From positions 576,502 to 640,501 of the forward strand of contig CAWJQI010000005.1 in the NCBI GenBank assembly GCA_963845085.1: a stretch of DNA of 64,000 nucleotides, in the 5' to 3' direction. Origin of the DNA: Candidatus Fermentibacterota bacterium (GTDB lineage: Bacteria > Fermentibacterota > Fermentibacteria > Fermentibacterales > JCC-6). The position numbers were made by a program, and so were the translations under genes. The notes below the pieces were generated by a model. The model was not told the origin of the DNA and searched no databases. It saw only the letters and a program-made list of their open reading frames with translations. Below, in pieces: positions 53,234 to 62,585 of the stretch. The stretch's first letter is position 1, and each line of letters opens with the position of its first letter.

Positions 53234-55329
53234 CGTATCTCCTCCACCGCGGATGCAAAAAAGCCGAGTTCAACTTCTGTGAACAGGGGTCTCTCGGTGA
53301 AACCGGTCACTTCCTCGGGAGAAATACCCTCGGAGCGGATCACAGATTCGATCAGAGTTTTGCACGTCTTCCCGCCGCATGCGCCGAAACCCGCCCTGGT
53401 AAGCGCCTTCAGCTGGTTCATGTCCCGGATCCCGCTCCGGAGGAGAGCGCGGATCTCCCCGGCCGACACCCTCTCGCATCTGCAGACAACAGCGTCGTCG
53501 GGCAAGAGTGATTCGAGCGGTTTGTCGAGGGGCGCGGTTTCGCAGGCGGCCTGGACCCTGACGCCGGCGACTCTGCACGCGACCGCTGCACCGACTTCAA
53601 CATCCAGAAGCCTCGTGCCCGGAAATCCCGGCGCCGGCTTTACGCCGAGAACCGTTCCGGTTCCCAGCGTCACGCCCTCCCAGTCAGTGATCTCGACGGT
53701 TTCACCAGTGTCGAACATGCCGGCGTCGAACTCCCACGGAACGGTCACCGTGGGCAGAGACCCGCTCTTTCTGAAATCAACCATCGTGATGGCGAGGCCG
53801 GGACAGATCGAGACGCATTTTCTGCAGCCCACACAGCCCTCCGAATAATCGGGGATGCCCAGTATGGGGTGGCCGGAGGTTCCTATCAGGTCTTTGGGAC
53901 ATGAGGTCATGCACGGGTTGCAGGGAATCTCCTGCGTGCAGTGCAGAACAGGGAAGACGCCTTCCCGGCGCTCGGGAGGGGAATAGGGGAACACCTCGCC
54001 GCCAGGGCTTTTAAGAACCGCAGCCTTGTCAGACCAGTCCACCGGACAGGACGAAGTTCCGGCGGAAAGCTCGCACGCAATCTCCCGGCCGCGTATTCTC
54101 CCGCTGAACATCGCGGCGCTGGCTTCGGCTATCTCCTCGGCATCTCCCGCAAGCCTCGAGTTCATCCCGAAACCGGCTGCCCTGCCGTGGAATTCGTTCA
54201 CAGGGTTGAGCCCCACGGCCACGAGCAGGGTATCGACTGCGAAACTCTTTTCGGTTCCGGGGATGCAGCGGAACTGCCTGTCGACCGCACAAAGTGTAAC
54301 GGCTTCAAGCCTTTCCGTGCCGTGGGCCGAGAGCACGGAGTGGCCCGTGTATATCGGAACGCCCATCCGCCTGATCTTGTCGGCATGTACTTTGTAGCCG
54401 CCGCAACGCTGTGCACCTTCAGCGATGCCGACAACCGTCATCCCGGCCTGAAGGGCGTGGTACGCACCGATCAACCCCACGTTCCCCCCGCCGAGGATGA
54501 AGATGCGCTCGCTGCATCTTACAAGGTCACGGTTGACCAGGGTCTGGAAGGCGCCGGCTCCGAAAACCCCCGGCAGTGTGCATCCGGGGAACGGAAGTGA
54601 TTTTTCACGTGCTCCCGCTGCCACAAGAAGCCTTTTCGGCTTCACCATGGCATACCCGTCCGGTCTCTGTATCCCCACCACGCCGTCACTGAATACGGCG
54701 AGGACGGTCGAGTTCAGCCACAGGTCGACCGTGGGGCGGGCGGCAAGGTTTTCGGCGAGCATTTCGGCGATCCTCACGCCCCGGGTACCCGCGTTGCAGT
54801 CGGAAACCGAACCGAAGAACTTGTGGGTCTGAAGGACGAGTTTTCCGCCGGGACGGTCCTTGTCGTCAACCACCAGAACCCGAAGCCCGGCCGAACCCAT
54901 CTCATCGGCCGCCGCCATCCCGGCGGGACCGGCGCCCACCACCAGAACATCGGTTTCAAGGGAAAAAGGCGCCTTGAATACGGTGTGGGGCTGAAGCCCG
55001 AGCCCGGGGAGTCCTTCAAGCGTCTCAACGCGCATCCCCTCCGAAAGGGGGGTGATGCAGCTCTTCCGTGCCACCCCGTCAATCACAAGGGTGCACTGGG
55101 AGCACTGGCCATTGGCGCAGAAAAGCCCTTGCGGAGAACCATCCTTGTGATGATGACCGAATACCCTTTCCCCCGCGGCGAACACGGCGGAGGAAACCAT
55201 CTCCCCCGCAAGGCCCAGGTGTTCGGCGCCGTTGAACAAGAATCGAACCCACTTCCCCCCGGGGGAGGACAGAATGGGGTGAGAGGCAATTCTGCCATCC
55301 TGTTTCACATCAGCCACTCCAGTTTCCAT
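53230..55329 (-). CDS. Multidomain flavo-iron-sulfur oxidoreductase (HcnA-like [2Fe-2S] + HcnB/SoxA-like FAD/NAD(P) domain + 4Fe-4S motifs + BFD-like [2Fe-2S])
   Basis: 699 aa. Motifs in order are: N-terminal CANGQCSQC...SC; VLVVGAGPAGMAAA; ILGGGNVGLIGA; CNPCMTSCP and CVGCRKCVSICP; and C-terminal VVCRCERVSAGEI...CGGKTC. Confidence 0.75.
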   Translation of the reverse strand: METGVADVKQDGRIASHPILSSPGGKWVRFLFNGAEHLGLAGEMVSSAVFAAGERVFGHHHKDGSPQGLFCANGQCSQCTLVIDGVARKSCITPLSEGMRVETLEGLPGLGLQPHTVFKAPFSLETDVLVVGAGPAGMAAADEMGSAGLRVLVVDDKDRPGGKLVLQTHKFFGSVSDCNAGTRGVRIAEMLAENLAARPTVDLWLNSTVLAVFSDGVVGIQRPDGYAMVKPKRLLVAAGAREKSLPFPGCTLPGVFGAGAFQTLVNRDLVRCSERIFILGGGNVGLIGAYHALQAGMTVVGIAEGAQRCGGYKVHADKIRRMGVPIYTGHSVLSAHGTERLEAVTLCAVDRQFRCIPGTEKSFAVDTLLVAVGLNPVNEFHGRAAGFGMNSRLAGDAEEIAEASAAMFSGRIRGREIACELSAGTSSCPVDWSDKAAVLKSPGGEVFPYSPPERREGVFPVLHCTQEIPCNPCMTSCPKDLIGTSGHPILGIPDYSEGCVGCRKCVSICPGLAITMVDFRKSGSLPTVTVPWEFDAGMFDTGETVEITDWEGVTLGTGTVLGVKPAPGFPGTRLLDVEVGAAVACRVAGVRVQAACETAPLDKPLESLLPDDAVVCRCERVSAGEIRALLRSGIRDMNQLKALTRAGFGACGGKTCKTLIESVIRSEGISPEEVTGFTERPLFTEVELGFFASAVEEIR

Positions 55330-55344
55330 TGATCGGATCGGTTG

Positions 55345-55644
55345 CTATCTGAAACGGGGTGCGCCCCGCTTCGCCTTTACAAATCCACGGCATTCCGGAT
55401 ACCGGATGCATCTCCAGACACTGATGAACCTGTACGGAACCTTCTCGGTGTATCCACCGCAAAGAGGGCATTTCGGCGTATTTCTGCCGGTGATGCGCTT
55501 CTTGTTGTACTCTTCCTCCATCATCCTGTAGGCCTCACGTCTGCTCGGCCCGCTGGACAGCTCCCGGAAAACCCGAAGGAGAATATAGGCCCCCGCCGCA
55601 ATGGCACCGGCCACGGGAAGACTCTGCAGAAAACCGTTCATCAC
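55345..55644 (-). CDS. Small membrane-anchored zinc-ribbon protein (topoisomerase-type C4 finger)
   Basis: 99 aa with an N-terminal TM helix, then CPLCGG...CIRYPEC. It lies 15 nt upstream of the flavoprotein gene. Confidence 0.5.
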   Translation of the reverse strand: MMNGFLQSLPVAGAIAAGAYILLRVFRELSSGPSRREAYRMMEEEYNKKRITGRNTPKCPLCGGYTEKVPYRFISVWRCIRYPECRGFVKAKRGAPRFR

Positions 55645-55683
55645 CCACTCCGCGGTTGTCCTGATCGACGAATCGGGATGGCG

Positions 55684-55713
55684 TTGACAGCCATCCCGGT
55701 GAAGCGGTAATAT
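55684..55713 (+). promoter_or_regulatory. Putative sigma70-type promoter for the EF-G-like gene
   Basis: TTGACA (55684-55689), an 18-nt spacer, then TAATAT (55708-55713). A second copy of AGCGGTAATA occurs ~30 nt downstream. AGGAG lies 7 nt before the ATG at 55784. Confidence 0.4.
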
Positions 55714-55783
55714 TGTGTTCTCGTTACGAAAGCGGTAATAATATTTTACTTATAGATACCCATGCTAAAATCAGGAGTGCCCA

Positions 55784-57832
55784 ATGAAAACCTACACCCC
55801 CGACAAGCTTCGCACCATCGCAGTATGCGGCCACGGATCCGTTGGCAAGACAAGCCTGTGCGACTCGCTTGTCTTCCTCTCCGGAGGAGCTGAACGACAG
55901 GGCAGCGTTGACGATGGAACCAGCCTGTTCGACTACACAGCGGAAAGCCGCGACAAGAAGCACAGCCTCACCTCCACCATCGGCATCTGCGAGTGGAGGG
56001 ATTCGAAGATAAACCTGATCGACACCCCGGGGCTCGCCGACTTCCACGGCGACACGATCGCTGCTATCAGCGCATCCGACGGAGCCCTTCTGGTTCTTGA
56101 CTGCACCGACGGCGTCGAGGTGGGCACCTACAAGACCTGGAAGTACGCCGAAGAACTCGAAACCCCTTGTCTCCTCTGGGTGAACAGGGTCGACCGTGAC
56201 AACGCCGACTTCGAGCGTGCCCTTAGCCAGGCTCGGGAGATGCTTTCAAAGGCTGTAATACCGTTCGTCTTTCCCATCATGGAAGGCGATGGCTGCAAGG
56301 GTCTTGTCAACCTGTTGACCGGCAAGGCATTCGACCTGAAGGGCAAAGAGATCCCCGTTCCGGCCTCAGCTGCTGAAAAGATTGACGAGTACATGGCCGA
56401 GCTCATGGAGCAGGCTGCCGAAGCCGACGAAGAGCTTATGGAGCAGTACTTCGCAAACGACACGCTGACGGCCGACGAGCTTTCCCGCGGGATCAGGGCA
56501 GCCGTCAGGAACCGCGGTCTTTTCCCTCTGTTCGCGGGTGTCGCAAACCCTGCATCAGGAGAAGAGCACCTGCTCGACGGCATAGTCGACTGCATACCCA
56601 ACGCGCTTGAGTCCACCGGCATGAAGGCCCTTTCCGGAAACATTGTCGCACCGAACCCCAAGGGTCCATTCGTGGCCAGGGCATTCAGCACAAAGCTCGA
56701 CAAACATGTCGGCGAAATGGTCTACATCAGGGTTGCAAGCGGCTCGCTCGAAGGTTCCAAGGAAATGCACAACATGGAGAAGAACTCTGGCGAAAGGCTC
56801 GGCAACTACTACTACATGCACGGCCCCAACAGGATCGACGCCTCCTCCATGGTGTGCGGCGACATCCTTGCCGTCGCCAAGCTCAAGAACACCTCCACCA
56901 ACGACACTCTGGCCGACAGGGCAGCCGGGATCACGCTTGCGCCGATCGTATTCCCCAACCCCGTCTACCGCGCCGCCATCGCCCCCAAGAAACGCGGCGA
57001 GGAGGACAAGATGGGCGTCGGCCTGAACAAGCTCGCAGCCATGGACCCCACCTTCATCTCCCGAATGGAGCCCGACATCAACCAGACCACCGTGAGCGGC
57101 ATGGGTGAGCTCCATCTGAACACGATGCTCAGCCGCCTGAAGGATCTCACGGGTGTGGATGCCGAAATCTTCAAGCCCAGGATAGCCTACCACGAAACCA
57201 TCTCCAGAAGCGCACAGGGCAGCTACAAACACAAGAAGCAGTCCGGGGGCAGAGGCCAGTACGGACACGTCTACCTTCGGCTCGACCCCCTCCCCAGGGG
57301 TACCGGGTTTGAGTTCGCAAGCGAGGTGGTGGGCGGCACGGTTCCCACCAAGTTCATCCCGGCGGTGGAAAAGGGCGTTCTTGAAACCCTCCACAAGGGC
57401 CCGGTCTCGGGCAGCCGCGTCGTGGACATAAAGGCTGTGGTTTTTGACGGAAGTTCGCACTCCGTCGACTCCTCCGACATGGCCTTCAAGCTCGCCTCGA
57501 GCAAGTGTTTCCAGGAAGTAATGATGCAGGCCGGACCCACCCTTCTCGAACCGATCATGGCACTCGAAGTGACGGTTCCCGACGAGTTCATGGGTGATGT
57601 GATGGGCGACCTGAACTCCCGCCGCGGAAAGATCCAGGGAATGCAGGGCCAGGGGTCCTTCCAGGTCATAAAGGCCCTTGTTCCCGAGGCTGAGCTCTAC
57701 CAGTACACGAGCACTCTTCGCTCTCTGACACAGGCCAGGGGCAGCTTCACCCAGGAGTTCAGCCACTACGACCCGGTTCCGAGAGAGGTGCAGGACAGGA
57801 TCCAGTCCGAGTACAAAACGGAAGAGCAGTGA
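55784..57832 (+). CDS. Elongation factor G paralog (EF-G2-like, divergent GTPase motifs)
   Basis: 682 aa with the five-domain EF-G layout. G1 is GHGSVGKTS, G3 is DTPG and G4 is NRVD. The C-terminal block HSVDSSDMAFK is typical of EF-G domain IV/V. It is not located in an str-operon context. Confidence 0.8.
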   Translation: MKTYTPDKLRTIAVCGHGSVGKTSLCDSLVFLSGGAERQGSVDDGTSLFDYTAESRDKKHSLTSTIGICEWRDSKINLIDTPGLADFHGDTIAAISASDGALLVLDCTDGVEVGTYKTWKYAEELETPCLLWVNRVDRDNADFERALSQAREMLSKAVIPFVFPIMEGDGCKGLVNLLTGKAFDLKGKEIPVPASAAEKIDEYMAELMEQAAEADEELMEQYFANDTLTADELSRGIRAAVRNRGLFPLFAGVANPASGEEHLLDGIVDCIPNALESTGMKALSGNIVAPNPKGPFVARAFSTKLDKHVGEMVYIRVASGSLEGSKEMHNMEKNSGERLGNYYYMHGPNRIDASSMVCGDILAVAKLKNTSTNDTLADRAAGITLAPIVFPNPVYRAAIAPKKRGEEDKMGVGLNKLAAMDPTFISRMEPDINQTTVSGMGELHLNTMLSRLKDLTGVDAEIFKPRIAYHETISRSAQGSYKHKKQSGGRGQYGHVYLRLDPLPRGTGFEFASEVVGGTVPTKFIPAVEKGVLETLHKGPVSGSRVVDIKAVVFDGSSHSVDSSDMAFKLASSKCFQEVMMQAGPTLLEPIMALEVTVPDEFMGDVMGDLNSRRGKIQGMQGQGSFQVIKALVPEAELYQYTSTLRSLTQARGSFTQEFSHYDPVPREVQDRIQSEYKTEEQ

Positions 57833-58434
57833 GAAGCCTTTCAGCCCTGATACTTGCCGCGCTTCTGTTCCCTGCCGCGGCACAGGGTTCCCCTGTCGGA
57901 TCTGGCGGCGGCTCATCCGGGTCGGCCGATGGCGCAAGCTTTGAAGGCTGGCTGGCAATCGGAGCTGCGGTTGGTGTTGCGGGCATTCTGATCTGGGACG
58001 CGATAAACGATTCGCAGACCCCCGAAGCCGAGTCTTCTGCAGCTGACTCCACGATCGAGGATACCGGCGTGAACTGGGCCGGTCTTGAGGCCGCCCGTCA
58101 GGAAACCATTGCCCTGGGCGTGGCGATCTTCCCCGGAGACAACGGCCTTGCCCTGGCGCGGTACTTTCTTCGACTCCTGCTCCCCCTCGAGGAGAGCGGC
58201 TGTTCGTTCGCAGGCGATCCCCTGAACCTTGGCCCGATGACCCCGCGCGAACAGGCAGTGATGGCGGAAGACTTTCTCGGGTACTCGTGGTTCGTGGCAT
58301 CCGACGCTACAGCCCTTTACCTGTTTTCCGACGGCGATGCCCCGTCCTGGTCTGCCGGCATCACAACCTGGGATTCCCTGTCGGTCAGGAATGCCGCGGC
58401 TTCACTTCTCGAAGCCGCACCGTCATTGAGGTGA
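57829..58434 (+). CDS. Hypothetical exported/membrane protein
   Basis: 201 aa with a signal peptide (ALILAALLFPAAAQG), a Gly/Ser linker and one further hydrophobic helix. It forms an ATGA-type overlap with the EF-G-like gene. Confidence 0.5.
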   Translation: MRSLSALILAALLFPAAAQGSPVGSGGGSSGSADGASFEGWLAIGAAVGVAGILIWDAINDSQTPEAESSAADSTIEDTGVNWAGLEAARQETIALGVAIFPGDNGLALARYFLRLLLPLEESGCSFAGDPLNLGPMTPREQAVMAEDFLGYSWFVASDATALYLFSDGDAPSWSAGITTWDSLSVRNAAASLLEAAPSLR

Positions 58435-58523
58435 TTCCCGTCGGGGGAACCGTTGCTTTCCCCAACGGATAGTGCAATGGAGAATTCAGTTTCGGGAACT
58501 CATGAAGGAAACGGAGGAACGAA

Positions 58524-60896
58524 TTGAGCATGAAAGCACTTTTTTTCATCGTTCTGGCCTCGACAGCCGCATTTGCCGGGGAGATAACGGTGGCAATCCC
58601 ATTCGACGGCGCATCCGTCACCATGACGGATTATGCCGGCTACACGACCATCACTTCCCCTGAAACCTATCCCATCGCAACGATCGGGGCTCCGTCCCTT
58701 CCCGTGCTTCCCGCGCATGTCGCACTTCCTCCCGAAAGCCGCGCCGTCTCTATAAGCGTGATCGATGCCGAATACCGGCCCTTGCGGGGCAGGTTCGACA
58801 TCCTCCCGGCAATCGAGCAGGTGCCCCTCAGTCTGATGGACGCTTCCTCCATTCCGATGCCGAGGCCCGATCCCGCCATCTACAACTCCGGCACAACATT
58901 CCCGGGCACCATGGCAAGGCTTGAAGGGTCCGGCGTGGTGGTTGGCTTCCCCGTTGCCACCGTTTCGGTGTACCCCGTGAGGTGGAACCCCGCCGACGGC
59001 ACCATCGAGGTTCTTGAAAGCCTTACCCTTCGGGTCGAGTACGTTTCAGACCCCACCATGAGAACAGTTCAGGTCAGAAGCGCCCAGAGCGAGGAGCGCA
59101 CCTCCGAAATGGTGAGGAACCTCGTCGTGAATCCCGAAGGCGTCCAGCCAAGCGGGGCGGCAATTGTTGACAGCCGCGACCTCACCTTCGGCGAGTACGT
59201 GATAATCACCCACCCTGACTACCTTGCCGCCGCCAACACCCTTGCGAACTGGAAGACACGCAAGGGCATCCCGGCCACGGTGATCACAACGACCGACATC
59301 CAGGCCCAGTACACGGGTGATGACCTCCAGCAGGAAATCCGCATCTTCCTTCATGAAGCCCGCGACAACGGTGTTGAGTTCGCCCTGATATTCGGCGACG
59401 ATGACAAGATCGCCGGACGTGACGTGAAGATCAGCGCCGGCGGCGAGACCGAATATCCACCCGTGGACTACTACTGGTCTGATCTCAACGACACCGCACC
59501 GGGCGTCGACCGCTGGGATTCGAACAACAACAACGTTTACGGCGAGTACAACATAGACGCCATGAGCTATTACCCCGCCATTCTCACGGGTCGTGCCAGC
59601 GTAAACTCCACGGCCGAGGCCACTGTGTTCGTCAACAAGGTTCTCGCGTACGAGCAGGTCTCCCTCTCCGACGATCCCACCACTGGCGCCCGTGAAATGC
59701 GCATCGGCTACAGCACTTCGATGCTCTGGCCCGGATGCTACGGAAGCGCCGGCGCCGAGATAATCTCAACCTACATTCCCGCAGGCTGGAGCCAGGACAA
59801 GCGATACGAGTCCAACGGCACCAACAACTGGTCCGCCACCAACACGATGTTCAACAACGGCCCCCACCATGTCTACGTGGCTGCGCACGGCAATGTGACG
59901 CTGTTCGGTGTTCCGAACGGCAATTTCACGAACTCCGACATATTGAACCTTACGAACATCTCCTCGGGCGGACTTCCCGCGATCTGGAACAGCATCAGCT
60001 GCCTCATCGGCCACCTCGACGGCAATGAGTGCATGCTCGACGCCTGGACCGCCAACCCCAACGGCGGCGGCTTCGGCGGCGCCTGCGCCCGATACGGCTG
60101 GGGCAACCCCGGCAGCCCGGGCAACGGCGACAGCGAGGTTCTTTGCCAGAAGATCTATTACGCGCACTTCATAAGCGGTCAGACGACGCTTGGCGGAATG
60201 CACTTCATGGGCCGCTACTCCATCTGCCCGCCCGCAAGCGTCTACCGTCACTGGTGCATAATGGAGTACAACCTTTTCGGCTGCCCCGAGCTTCCCCTCT
60301 GGACCGTTTCTCCCGCGCAGCTCACCGCAAGTCACCCCGCATCCTTCAGCGGTGGAAGCTTCACGGTCACGGTCACGGCCGGCGGCTCTCCTGTAAGCGG
60401 GGCAAGGGTCACCCTCTTCAAGGGCGACAGCTTTGAAACAGCCGATGTATATCTCGTGGCCACCACCGATGCCTCCGGGCAGGCCACCTTCAGCCCGACA
60501 CCCGCTTCTGCGGGCACCATGTATGTCACGGCCTGGAAGTACAACAACCTGACGTACCTTGGTTCGGCAACGATCTCCGGGACTGGCATCGAGGAAGACA
60601 CCGAGGGAGTGACCGGGTTCGAGAACAGCGTCGGGACTCCCTATCCCACTCCGGCTGCTTCCATCGTGTCGGTGCCGGTCAGCCTTGCCGGTGCAACCAC
60701 GGTAAGCCTGCAGGTGTATGACCTCAGCGGCAGACTCGTAACCACGATCGACCAGGGCGAACTTCCCGCAGGCGCCCACAGCATAGCCTGGAACCTCACC
60801 GGGGCTTCGGGTGTTCCCGTTCCCAACGGAGTCTACAGGATCAGGGTGATCGCCGGTGATTTCACCGCGAACACCGGACTGATGGTTCTTCGCTAG
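58524..60896 (+). CDS. Gingipain-like cysteine peptidase (family C25) with T9SS C-terminal sorting domain
   Basis: 790 aa with a signal peptide and an N-terminal propeptide-like region. The block YVIITHPDYLAAANTLANWKTRKG is typical of C25. The candidate catalytic His is in VAAHGN and the candidate Cys is in NSISCLIGH. The CTD is VSLQVYDLSGRLV..NGVYRIRV. Confidence 0.8.
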   Translation: MSMKALFFIVLASTAAFAGEITVAIPFDGASVTMTDYAGYTTITSPETYPIATIGAPSLPVLPAHVALPPESRAVSISVIDAEYRPLRGRFDILPAIEQVPLSLMDASSIPMPRPDPAIYNSGTTFPGTMARLEGSGVVVGFPVATVSVYPVRWNPADGTIEVLESLTLRVEYVSDPTMRTVQVRSAQSEERTSEMVRNLVVNPEGVQPSGAAIVDSRDLTFGEYVIITHPDYLAAANTLANWKTRKGIPATVITTTDIQAQYTGDDLQQEIRIFLHEARDNGVEFALIFGDDDKIAGRDVKISAGGETEYPPVDYYWSDLNDTAPGVDRWDSNNNNVYGEYNIDAMSYYPAILTGRASVNSTAEATVFVNKVLAYEQVSLSDDPTTGAREMRIGYSTSMLWPGCYGSAGAEIISTYIPAGWSQDKRYESNGTNNWSATNTMFNNGPHHVYVAAHGNVTLFGVPNGNFTNSDILNLTNISSGGLPAIWNSISCLIGHLDGNECMLDAWTANPNGGGFGGACARYGWGNPGSPGNGDSEVLCQKIYYAHFISGQTTLGGMHFMGRYSICPPASVYRHWCIMEYNLFGCPELPLWTVSPAQLTASHPASFSGGSFTVTVTAGGSPVSGARVTLFKGDSFETADVYLVATTDASGQATFSPTPASAGTMYVTAWKYNNLTYLGSATISGTGIEEDTEGVTGFENSVGTPYPTPAASIVSVPVSLAGATTVSLQVYDLSGRLVTTIDQGELPAGAHSIAWNLTGASGVPVPNGVYRIRVIAGDFTANTGLMVLR

Positions 60897-60911
60897 ATCA
60901 AGCTTCCCTTC

Positions 60912-60940
60912 GGGGGGCGCCTTTCCGGGCGCCCCCTTTC
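60912..60940. terminator. GC-rich hairpin terminator between convergent C25 and comM genes
   Basis: A 9-bp stem GGGGGCGCC (60913-60921) pairs with GGCGCCCCC (60928-60936) across the loop TTTCCG, and is followed by TTTCC. Confidence 0.6.
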
Positions 60941-62470
60941 CTATACCCAGTAATCCCTTTCAAGCGCCCTGAACTGAACGGCTTCAGCCACATGGGCCGA
61001 CGATATGCACTCTTCGCCCCCGAGGTCGGCAATGGTTCGCGCCACCCGCAGCGCCCTGCAGTAGGCACGGGCTGAGAAGCCGAACCGGGATGCCGCCGCG
61101 TCGAGCAACTTCCTTCCGGAAGAGTCGATCGAGCAGTGCTTTCTCAGAAGGGATGGCGGCATTCCGGCGTTTCCGAACACATCCTTCATGCCGCGGTACC
61201 TTTCCATCTGAACCGCCCTTGCGGCAGCGACCCTTTCCCTGATGGGAAGCGATGGCTCGCCGGGCTCGCCCTCGGGACCGAGCTGCCTTCCTGCGAGCGG
61301 CGAGACCTCGATGTGGATGTCGATCCTGTCGAGCAGCGGACCGGAAATTTTCGCAAGGTAGCGCTGAACCTGTGCCGAGCTGCAGTTGCATGCCCGGGAT
61401 GGGTGCGTGAGGTAGCCGCACGGGCAAGGGTTCATCGCGGCAACCAGCATGAACCGTGCGGGAAAATCGGTGGATGTGACGGCCCTCGAAACGGTCACCC
61501 TGCATGATTCCATGGGTTGTCTCATGGCCTCGAGAGCGCTCCGGTTGAACTCGGGAAGCTCGTCGAGGAAGAGAACGCCGTTGTGGGCGAGGCTTACCTC
61601 GCCCGGCTTCGGGGTGCTGCCTCCCCCTATCAGGCCGGGAGTGGAAACGGTGTGGTGGGGCGACCGGAAGGGTCGTTCCCGGACAAGCGCGATTCCCTCG
61701 GGCAGAAGGCCCGCCACGCTGTGAATCATCGTGGTTTCAATGGCCTCGGTCTTGGAAAGAGGGGGAAGAATCGTGGGAAGCCGCTGTGCCAGCATGGTCT
61801 TGCCGGCGCCCGGCGGGCCTATCATGAGAAGATTATGCCCCCCGGCGGCAGCTATTTCCATCGCCCTTCGGGCCTGCAGCTGGCCATGCACTTCGGCGAA
61901 GTCAACCCTGTAGACCGGCGGGTCGGACAAACCGGGTGTCTCGGGTTCGGGGAATAGCCCTTCCGCGCCCTGAAGCCAGTTTGCCACATCAGAGAGGGAC
62001 CGTACCGGGATGACCCGTGCCTGCGAGGATATGGCGGCCTCGGAAGCGTTTTCGGCCGGCACGAACAGCCCTTCCAGACCCTCGGGAATGCCCGATGCCA
62101 TGGGCAGCATTCCCCTGACGGGACGCACCCTTCCATCGAGAGCGAGCTCACCGGCGTAGGCGAACCGCTCGACCCTCGAGGGGCTCACGAACCCGCCTGC
62201 CGCAAGGAGCCCCACTGCAATTGGAAGGTCGAAGGCCGGCCCCTCCTTTTTTCTCCCGGCGGGGGCCAGGTTGACCGTGAGCTTTTTGGGGGGGAGGGCG
62301 AAACCGGAGTTTGCGATCGCCGCCTGAACCCTTTCCCGACTCTCCCTGACGGAGTTGTCGGGAAGGCCCACCATGGTGAAGCTGGGAAGCCCCCGGCTCA
62401 TGTCGACCTCGACATCGACCGGAAATGCTTCAATTCCCACAAGCCCGACTGCCCGGGCGACTGCAAGCAT
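60941..62470 (-). CDS. comM: YifB/ComM-family Mg-chelatase-like AAA+ ATPase
   Basis: Trimmed to the ATG at 62470 (MLAVARAVGLVGIEAFPVDVEVD). It has Walker A GPPGAGKT, the block LFLDELPEF, and a C-terminal helix-hairpin region. Confidence 0.85.
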   Translation of the reverse strand: MLAVARAVGLVGIEAFPVDVEVDMSRGLPSFTMVGLPDNSVRESRERVQAAIANSGFALPPKKLTVNLAPAGRKKEGPAFDLPIAVGLLAAGGFVSPSRVERFAYAGELALDGRVRPVRGMLPMASGIPEGLEGLFVPAENASEAAISSQARVIPVRSLSDVANWLQGAEGLFPEPETPGLSDPPVYRVDFAEVHGQLQARRAMEIAAAGGHNLLMIGPPGAGKTMLAQRLPTILPPLSKTEAIETTMIHSVAGLLPEGIALVRERPFRSPHHTVSTPGLIGGGSTPKPGEVSLAHNGVLFLDELPEFNRSALEAMRQPMESCRVTVSRAVTSTDFPARFMLVAAMNPCPCGYLTHPSRACNCSSAQVQRYLAKISGPLLDRIDIHIEVSPLAGRQLGPEGEPGEPSLPIRERVAAARAVQMERYRGMKDVFGNAGMPPSLLRKHCSIDSSGRKLLDAAASRFGFSARAYCRALRVARTIADLGGEECISSAHVAEAVQFRALERDYWV

Positions 62471-62585
62471 GCGAAACCCCCTCCCGGTGAAGTACGGTCC
62501 GGAGAGGGGGTTTTTCAAGGGATGTCAGGGAATGATGTTTACAAGGCTTCCCGGAACGACGATCACCCTTCTGGGCGCCTTCCCG

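Noticed and set aside
56555-58300. 581-aa minus-strand ORF antisense to the EF-G-like gene.
   Set aside because: It is a shadow ORF, Arg/Gly/Pro-rich with no motifs, and the opposite strand encodes an unmistakable EF-G fold.
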